The notes under the pieces: generated by a model
Told to the model about the DNA's origin: nothing
The model's input: only the letters and a program-made list of their open reading frames with translations
The model's database searches: none
In this document: one piece after another, positions 57,818-64,000 of the stretch
Layout of the letters: every line of letters starts with the position of its first letter
Numbering within the stretch: the stretch's first letter is position 1
Translations under genes and position numbers: made by a program
DNA from: an uncultured Selenomonas sp.
Lineage (GTDB): Bacteria; Bacillota; Negativicutes; Selenomonadales; Selenomonadaceae
Direction: 5' to 3'
Assembly: GCA_947167105.1 (NCBI GenBank)
Contig: CAMVGU010000012.1
Span: 19,559 to 83,558, forward strand
DNA: 64,000 bases

Positions 57818-59545
57818 GTAACTGTTCAGTAGCCTAACGAAATGCCGGTTACGGTCTATCTCTGGTGGACATATCGCAATTAACTCTACGCACAGCTCAA
57901 GAAAAAGTAAACTTTTAACGATAATATAGGTAGCTTTTAAATCTGCAACTTTATGGAAGGAGGGCAGCAGCATGGAATCGATAAACGTGGAGTTTGTTCA
58001 AAATCTGCTTGCCTCCTATAAGGAACTCCAGGAGTCGTATTATGCCCTGCAAAACCGCATGGCTGCTTTCGAAGCCATGGCCTCGGCTAAATTTGAAGAC
58101 TATGAAGCCAAGCTGGCTGAAAAGGATACGGTGATTGCTTCCCTCAAATCCGAAGTTGCTGATCTTACTAAGAAACTGGAAAGATACCGCGAGAAAGACA
58201 AGACCAACAGCAGCAACAGTCATATGTCGCCATCCAGCGACAAAACGAAATCTGCCCATAAGAATACGCATAAGAATACGTCCGGACGTAAGCCGGGCGC
58301 ACAGCAAGGCCACAAGGGCAGCGGGATGTCATTGCCTGCGCATTATGACCGTCAGGAGATTACCTCTCTGACACCGAAGCCTTGCCAAAGCTGTCCCATA
58401 AGATTTGTATGCTCTAGCCTCGCCTGTGCCCGTGTATCTGCGGTACGGCATGAGGTCGATGTTGTTGTGCAGGTAGTTGTACACAAATACGAGCAGCTGG
58501 AGTGCAGATGCCATCGACTGGACAATGCTGTACTGCGTGGTACCTTCCCCGAAGGGATTGCTGCGACCATGCAGTACGGTCAGGAAACGCGGGCACTGGC
58601 TATAGCACTCCTCAATGAGGGCGCAGTATCTGCCCAGCGTACCCATGATATACTCAGTGCATTAGCAGGCATGCCTGTCAGCGTAGGCAGCATCATTGCG
58701 TGGAACTTAGGCCTGAGTGATGATTTGGAGGGAGTCCATAAAGAAATACGTGATGAACTCCTCAATGCAGCTGTAGCACACGGTGATGAGACGAGCATGA
58801 ATGTTAATGGCACAAACTGGTGGGTTCATGTTGCCTGCAACAAATTGCTGACATACCTTACCGTTCATAAGAGACGGGGGCATGAAGGCATTTGCGCAGC
58901 TGATTTTTTCCCGTTGTATAGGGGCATCTGTGTCACGGATTGCTGGAAAGCATATGACATGTTCAAAACGCTTTCCGGGCATGGTAGATGCTGCGCCCAT
59001 ATTCTGAGGGAGCTGCAAAAGGTAATTGACACACATCCAGAACTGGTATGGGCCAAGTACCTGCAGCAGACGCTGTTGAAGATGAAGGCAGCAAAGGAGA
59101 GGGCGATAGCAAAGGGCAAGAGTAGCCTGAGCAGGTCTACCATATATGGATATATGGCAGATTATGACCTCTGGATTCGTAGCGGTAAGTACTACACGCC
59201 GCTACCAAGTGAAAATCCAGAGACAGGTAAAAAAGAATCTAAGAGCTACGCCAGGCGCTTGGTTGAACGACTGGAAAGGTATAGGGATGAAGTATGCCTA
59301 TTTTTGACCAAATTTGTTGTGCCATTTGATAACAACCAAGCTGAACGTGATCTACGTCCGGTTAAGACAAAGATGAAGGTCAGTGGCGTCATGCGAACAG
59401 AACGGGGCGCTAAGGCATACGCGATTATTCGCTCATTCCTGAGTACAGCGAAAAAGCATGGCGTCAACATAATGGTTGCCCTTCGATTAGCATTCGCTGG
59501 CAGAGCCAGAGAAGCCATCTGGGGTGAAACCTACTGAACAGTTAC
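57818..59545 (+). mobile_element. IS66-family insertion sequence (single-ORF type), 1728 bp
   Basis: Terminal inverted repeats GTAACTGTTCAGTAG (57818-57832) and CTACTGAACAGTTAC (59531-59545). Flanked by an 8-bp direct repeat TCAGTGTA (57810-57817 and 59546-59553). Confidence 0.9.
57972..59537 (+). CDS. IS66-family transposase
   Basis: 521 aa. N-terminal coiled coil, a zinc-finger-like Cys region, a DDE core, and the family-typical C-terminus (PFDNNQAERDLRPVK...GVMRTERGAKAYAIIRSFLSTAKKHG). Confidence 0.92.
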   Translation: MESINVEFVQNLLASYKELQESYYALQNRMAAFEAMASAKFEDYEAKLAEKDTVIASLKSEVADLTKKLERYREKDKTNSSNSHMSPSSDKTKSAHKNTHKNTSGRKPGAQQGHKGSGMSLPAHYDRQEITSLTPKPCQSCPIRFVCSSLACARVSAVRHEVDVVVQVVVHKYEQLECRCHRLDNAVLRGTFPEGIAATMQYGQETRALAIALLNEGAVSAQRTHDILSALAGMPVSVGSIIAWNLGLSDDLEGVHKEIRDELLNAAVAHGDETSMNVNGTNWWVHVACNKLLTYLTVHKRRGHEGICAADFFPLYRGICVTDCWKAYDMFKTLSGHGRCCAHILRELQKVIDTHPELVWAKYLQQTLLKMKAAKERAIAKGKSSLSRSTIYGYMADYDLWIRSGKYYTPLPSENPETGKKESKSYARRLVERLERYRDEVCLFLTKFVVPFDNNQAERDLRPVKTKMKVSGVMRTERGAKAYAIIRSFLSTAKKHGVNIMVALRLAFAGRAREAIWGETY

Positions 59546-59630
59546 TCAGTGTATTTTAAGAGGTGGCATACCTTTTCTGATTGAGATACCAAAAACAATA
59601 TCTTCAACAAAAGAATCGGAGGATAAGTAA
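59546..59630 (+). pseudogene. 3' part of the interrupted DinJ-like gene, stop abutting the ATPase start
   Basis: From 59547 it reads QCILRGGIPFLIEIPKTISSTKESEDK*. Compare the intact copy QCVLRRGIPFPIEMPKNETEEMDK*. TAA at 59628-59630 is immediately followed by the ATG at 59631. Confidence 0.75.
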
Positions 59631-61661
59631 ATGTATTTAAAGAGGATTCATAGTGTTAATGTAGGGCCTATCGAAGATGCAGAGATAAATTTCTCATTTG
59701 TTGGTGACAAGCCTAAGCCTATTGTAATTGTCGGAGAAAATGGAACAGGAAAGTCTGTCTTGTTATCCAACATCGTAGATTCATTTTATGAGATTGCTTC
59801 TCAAAAATTTTCTGATGCGAGAAAACAGAACGAAGTATCTAAGGGACAACAATACTATAAAGCTATCCTACCACAAGAGATTCACATAGGGAAAAAATTC
59901 ATGTATTCATATCTTGAATATAAACATGATTCAAATATAATATATTCTATTTTTAAAAGTGGTAATCTTCCGTTTCAAGATTTTCAAAAAAAGGAGCCTC
60001 ACACTCCAAATAATATGTCGTGGAATAATGAAAATAATCACAAGAAAACTTCTGCAAACGAAAAGGATGCAAACGATATCTTCTCAAATAATGTATTATG
60101 TTACTTTGGACCAGAACGATATGAAAAGCCCTATTGGATGGGCGATCTGTATTACGATTTATCTAATTATGAACATCCGTCAGTTAATACAAGAACGGAT
60201 GGACAATTATACAAGCCTATTTCTGTCGTAAATGTAATAAAACCCACGTTGCAATGGCTTTTGGATATTATAGTAGATTCAAGGGCTGATATTGACGAAA
60301 ACAAGGGTATATTACAAATTGCTAATTTGGGTATTGAAAATGCTAAAACAAATTTACAAAATTTATATGCACTGGGGGTTGCCCGTAAAAATGTTGAAAA
60401 AATCATGAGTAAAATTTTAAACGAAGAAATTTATTTTGGATTGAATTACAGAAATTCTAGTGGTTCAAGATTTAATATCAAATTGAAGAGTAATAACAAA
60501 ACGATTATTCCATCTCTTGATGCCTTATCAACGGGACAAAGTGCATTATTCAACATGTTTGCAACGATTATTAGATACGCTGATACAGATGATATAAACA
60601 AAAGCATTACCTTGAACGATATCACTGGAATCGTTGTTATCGATGAAATTGACTTGCATTTGCATACTAACTTGCAAAGAGAAGTACTTCCAAAGCTACT
60701 TAAACTATTTCCCAAAGTGCAATTCATCATCTCGACGCATGCACCACTATTTTTATTGGGAATGGACACAGTATATGGAAAGGATGGTTATGAAATATAT
60801 CAAATGCCGTCGGCAAATCCAATATCGTCAGAGCGTTTCTCTGAATTTCAAAAAGCATATAATTACCTATCAGAAACCGAAAAACATCATGCTACAATAA
60901 TGGATGCTATACAAAAGCAACAAGGTAATCCATTGGTGATTACTGAAGGAGCCACGGATTGGAAACACATGAAGGCGGCGTTAAATAATTTTATTGAGCA
61001 AGAAGAATTTAAAGAAAAGTATTCTGCACTTAATTTTAATTTTCTTGAGTATGAGCCAGAAAATTCCAAGAAAGAAAATTGCATCAAATTAAAAATGGGC
61101 AATACAAATTTAAGTGCTATGTGTGAACAGATTTCAAAAATAAAACAGTCAAGAAAATTAATTTTCATTGCGGATGCCGATAATGAGAATACAACAAAAA
61201 TATTAGGTGGTTCTACTAAGAAATATAAAAATTGGGGTAATAATGTATTTTCATTTGTGTTACCATTGCCCGATAGCAGAAAAGATACACCTGAAATATG
61301 TATAGAACATTATTACACTGATGATGAGATAAAAACGAAGGTTCAGATTGGTGGTGTAATAAGAAGGCTATACATGGGAAATGAATTTACAAAACGCGGC
61401 ATATCATTAGATAAAAGATATCAGTGCATTAGTATGAATTGTTGTGGGAGAGGGAAAATAAAGATAATTGATGGAGATGAAAAAACACGTGTGTTCTCTA
61501 TTGATGATGAAGAAGAAATAACAAATTTGGCGCTACCAAAAATGGATTTCGCCACGGGGATATTGGAAAAAAAGAAGGAATTTAAGAATATAAGATTCGA
61601 TAATTTCCACTTAATCTTTGACGTGATAGAACAAATTCTTGATGAGCCAATAGTTGAATGA
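59631..61661 (+). CDS. ABC/SMC-like ATPase (AAA_21-type) fused to a Toprim-like C-domain (OLD-family / PARIS-like defence candidate)
   Basis: 676 aa, very AT-rich. Walker A GENGTGKS, signature-like LSTGQSALF, Walker B VVIDEIDLHLH, H-loop ISTHAP. The C-domain has LVITEGATD (Toprim Glu) and LIFIADADN (DxD). Confidence 0.75.
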   Translation: MYLKRIHSVNVGPIEDAEINFSFVGDKPKPIVIVGENGTGKSVLLSNIVDSFYEIASQKFSDARKQNEVSKGQQYYKAILPQEIHIGKKFMYSYLEYKHDSNIIYSIFKSGNLPFQDFQKKEPHTPNNMSWNNENNHKKTSANEKDANDIFSNNVLCYFGPERYEKPYWMGDLYYDLSNYEHPSVNTRTDGQLYKPISVVNVIKPTLQWLLDIIVDSRADIDENKGILQIANLGIENAKTNLQNLYALGVARKNVEKIMSKILNEEIYFGLNYRNSSGSRFNIKLKSNNKTIIPSLDALSTGQSALFNMFATIIRYADTDDINKSITLNDITGIVVIDEIDLHLHTNLQREVLPKLLKLFPKVQFIISTHAPLFLLGMDTVYGKDGYEIYQMPSANPISSERFSEFQKAYNYLSETEKHHATIMDAIQKQQGNPLVITEGATDWKHMKAALNNFIEQEEFKEKYSALNFNFLEYEPENSKKENCIKLKMGNTNLSAMCEQISKIKQSRKLIFIADADNENTTKILGGSTKKYKNWGNNVFSFVLPLPDSRKDTPEICIEHYYTDDEIKTKVQIGGVIRRLYMGNEFTKRGISLDKRYQCISMNCCGRGKIKIIDGDEKTRVFSIDDEEEITNLALPKMDFATGILEKKKEFKNIRFDNFHLIFDVIEQILDEPIVE

Positions 61662-61683
61662 CTATAAAGGAGCGTGACCTCAC

Positions 61684-63380
61684 ATGCCAACCCTGACTTG
61701 GGCAGGCAAGGAACATGCAACCACAGAAGCCAATTCCGTCCCTTATCGCCTGTTGGAACGGGACGAATCCCTGTGCTATGGTGACGCTACAGCAGGGAAT
61801 ATCATCGTGCAGGGAGACAATCTAGCTGCACTCAAAGCGCTCATGCCCTATTACCGTGGCAGAGTGCGTTGCATCTATATCGATCCTCCCTACAATACCC
61901 ATTCTGCTTTCGAGCATTACGATGACAGCGTGGAGCATTCTACTTGGCTTTCCCTGATGTATCCGAGACTGGAGCTTTTGCGGGAAATGCTTTCGGAGGA
62001 TGGGAGCATCTGGATTTCCATTGATGATAGGGAATATGCGAATCTCAAGTGCATTGGGGACGAGATTTTCGGATTGGACTGTTTTGTATCAAATATTTCT
62101 TGGCAACGCACCTACTCCACACGCAACGATTCCAAGGGCATTGTCAATGAGGTGGAACATATTCTGGTCTATGGCAAAAAGCCCGATTGGCAGCCGAACA
62201 AATTGCCACGAACGGCGGAGATGGACAAAATCTACAAGAATCCAGATAATGACGTAGAACGGTGGACAAGCGGAGATCCTTGTGCTGCTGGTGGTGCAGA
62301 CCATCAAGGAATGGTTTATGCCATACAACATCCGTTTACAGGTAAAATGCTATATCCCTCCCGTGATGCACATTGGCGATATAAACAGGAAGATGTGCTC
62401 GAAATCATGTGTGGCTGGTGCGAATACGAATTAAGGGATTTAAACGATGCGGATAGGCGAGCAGAAGTTTGTGGAATATCACCTGATACAGTGCGCCAGA
62501 ATGTGCAAGGTGTCGTTTTATCGCATTCGTTGGAAGAATCAAAACAAAAAGCAAGGGCAATCTACGATAGAGGACAATGGCCTCGTTTTTTCTTTACCAA
62601 AATGGGCAGGGAGGAATACGTCGAAAAACATATTTACAAAATGTAGGGGGAAAACCGCCCACCAATTTCTGGCCTTATAGTGAGGTCGGCCATACGGACG
62701 AAGCCAAGAAAGAGATCCTTGCCATTTTCGACAACAAATCGCCCTTTGCCACACCGAAGCCGGAACGGTTGATTCAACGTGTTATCTTCCTCGCCACCAA
62801 TCCCGGCGACCTCGTTCTTGATTCATTTCTTGGCTCTGGCACCACTGCTGCTGTTGCCCAGAAGATGAATCGCCACTATGTCGGCATTGAAATAGGCGAA
62901 CATGCTGTGACCCATGTGGTTCCTCGTCTGCGGAAAGTTATTGACGGCGAAGAAGGTGGTATCTCGAAAGCGGAGAACTGGCAGGGTGGCGGGGGATTTT
63001 CCTTTTACCGTTTGGGTGAAGAAGTCTTCACCGCCGAAGGGCAGATACGGAAGGACGTGACGTTCCAAACCCTCGCGGCGCATCTTTGGATGAAAAGTAC
63101 GGGAACGCCCTATCCTACCGAAACGCCGAAGGGACAAGACACCCCATCTCCGCTCCTTGGCATTCATGAGGGAACGGCCTATTATCTCCTTTATAACGGC
63201 ATACTGGGAGACAAGCGTCCGGGTGGCGGCAACGTCCTGACCAAAAGAGTGCTGGCCTTACTGCCACCCCATGATGGGCCTCGCATCATCTATGGAGAGA
63301 GCAGCAGGCTCCACGAAGAAACCTTGAAGGCGATGGGCATTGTCTTTCGGCAAATACCGAAGGAAATTCCGGCGAATTGA
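61684..63380 (+). pseudogene. mod: Type III R-M DNA methyltransferase (Mod), frameshifted
   Basis: The first ORF has LTWAGK..., QGDNL.ALK.L and IYIDPPYNT (motif IV). The second ORF (from ~62600, other frame) has RRKTYL...PPTNFW...ATPKPERLIQRVI and DSFLGSGTTAAVAQ (motif I). The frames would join with one extra A in the A4 run at 62599-62602. Confidence 0.8.
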
Positions 63381-63392
63381 TGAGGTGGAACG

Positions 63393-64000
63393 ATGTATCT
63401 GAAAAATTATCAAAAGCAAGCCCTCGACCATTTATCCGCCTTTTTGACGGAGGCAAAGGTTCTGGGAGATTCGCGCAAGGCATTCGAGACACAGCAGAAC
63501 GCTCCGGGCTATCCGCCTGTCTATACACCGCTCAAGGGACTGGAAGCTGTCCCGTATATCTGTTTACGCCTTCCTACCGGCGGTGGAAAGACGCTTCTGG
63601 CTTCCCACGCCATTCCTCTGGCTGCGCGGAACTTTTTGGAAAAGGACTATCCCTTTGTCCTGTGGCTGGTGCCTACGGATATGATCCGCAAGCAAACCTA
63701 TGCCGTCCTGTCGAATTTGGAAAGTCCCAATCGAAAGGTTTTGGAAAATGCTTTTGGGGGACGGGTGCGCGTCTATGACATTACCGAATTTACCCGCCTT
63801 CGTCCGCAGGATGTGACAGGAGAGGTCAATCTCTTCGTCGCAACCTTTGCGTCTTTCCGCGTGAAGAGCAAGGAGGGGCGCAAAGTCTATGCCCATCACG
63901 AATTTTTGGAGCCTTGTTTCCGCGATATTCCGAAACAGCCCTATTTTGACGAGGACGAAAACGGCTATGCCACCTTTCGCAATCTTCTCGCCTATCACCG
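63393..64000 (+). CDS. res: Type III restriction enzyme Res subunit (helicase-nuclease), 5' part; runs off the window
   Basis: My own translation from ATG 63393 (GAGGTGGA upstream): MYLKNYQKQALDHLSAFL...YICLRLPTGGGKTLLASHAI...LWLVPTD..., open to base 64000. Helicase motif I is PTGGGKT. This frame is not listed in the ORF track. Confidence 0.85.
   Translation, partial: MYLKNYQKQALDHLSAFLTEAKVLGDSRKAFETQQNAPGYPPVYTPLKGLEAVPYICLRLPTGGGKTLLASHAIPLAARNFLEKDYPFVLWLVPTDMIRKQTYAVLSNLESPNRKVLENAFGGRVRVYDITEFTRLRPQDVTGEVNLFVATFASFRVKSKEGRKVYAHHEFLEPCFRDIPKQPYFDEDENGYATFRNLLAYH

Noticed and set aside
62586-62602. Phase-variable (phasevarion) switching of the type III mod gene.
   Set aside because: The tracts are only T6 and A4, which is short for slipped-strand phase variation. 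A fixed frameshift or a homopolymer sequencing error is at least as likely. It is reported as a frameshift only.
63377-63778. 133-aa track ORF at the start of the res region.
   Set aside because: It is out of frame with the Res helicase reading (ATG 63393, PTGGGKT motif), which stays open to the end of the window. The 133-aa product has no motif.

Overview
This is a 64-kb window from a moderately GC-rich, Firmicutes-type chromosome. The lineage call rests on the dprA-topA-trmFO-hslV-hslU-codY block on the minus strand and a type-A RNase P RNA; a motile Negativicutes- or Clostridia-like host is inference only.

The window has three parts.

(1) 1-31.3 kb is core genome. It holds two neighbouring chemosensory/second-messenger clusters: PAS histidine kinase-CheY-like-CheA-CheW-MCP, and a dCache-HAMP-PP2C sensor, a CheR-CheB fusion and an HD-GYP protein. 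It also holds SufCD-like genes, a GGDEF protein, the codY...dprA block, folB, an NlpC/P60 hydrolase, rnpB, deoD and a class 3 FBPase.

(2) 31.3-56.9 kb is a ~25.6-kb integrative mobilizable element inserted in tRNA-Thr(CGU). It is bounded by a 47-bp imperfect direct repeat of the tRNA 3' half. Its backbone is integrase/Xis, a MobC + relaxase-domain pair, a P4/D5-like primase-helicase and a DinJ-Doc toxin-antitoxin pair. Its cargo is mosaic:
- a DUF932 / Cys-rich / metallopeptidase / RadC / PD-(D/E)XK operon;
- a strikingly AT-rich five-gene operon of unknown function (Zn-ribbon, 220 aa, glycine-zipper membrane protein, coiled-coil + Sel1-repeat protein, 168 aa), which is my top candidate for a new system;
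- an orphan giant flagellin plus a DIP1984-family gene under an XRE regulator;
- a Hanks-type kinase with HTH regulators.

(3) 56.9-64 kb is a second accessory patch. It holds an orphan DinJ-like antitoxin and a second DinJ-like gene split by an IS66-family element with an 8-bp target duplication. That split gene sits stop-to-start with a very AT-rich ABC-ATPase + Toprim (OLD/PARIS-like) gene. A type III R-M system follows, with a frameshifted mod and a res that runs off the window.

I saw no rRNA and no CRISPR array. Many long track ORFs are antisense shadows of GC-rich genes. All family assignments come from motif reading by eye; no searches were run.
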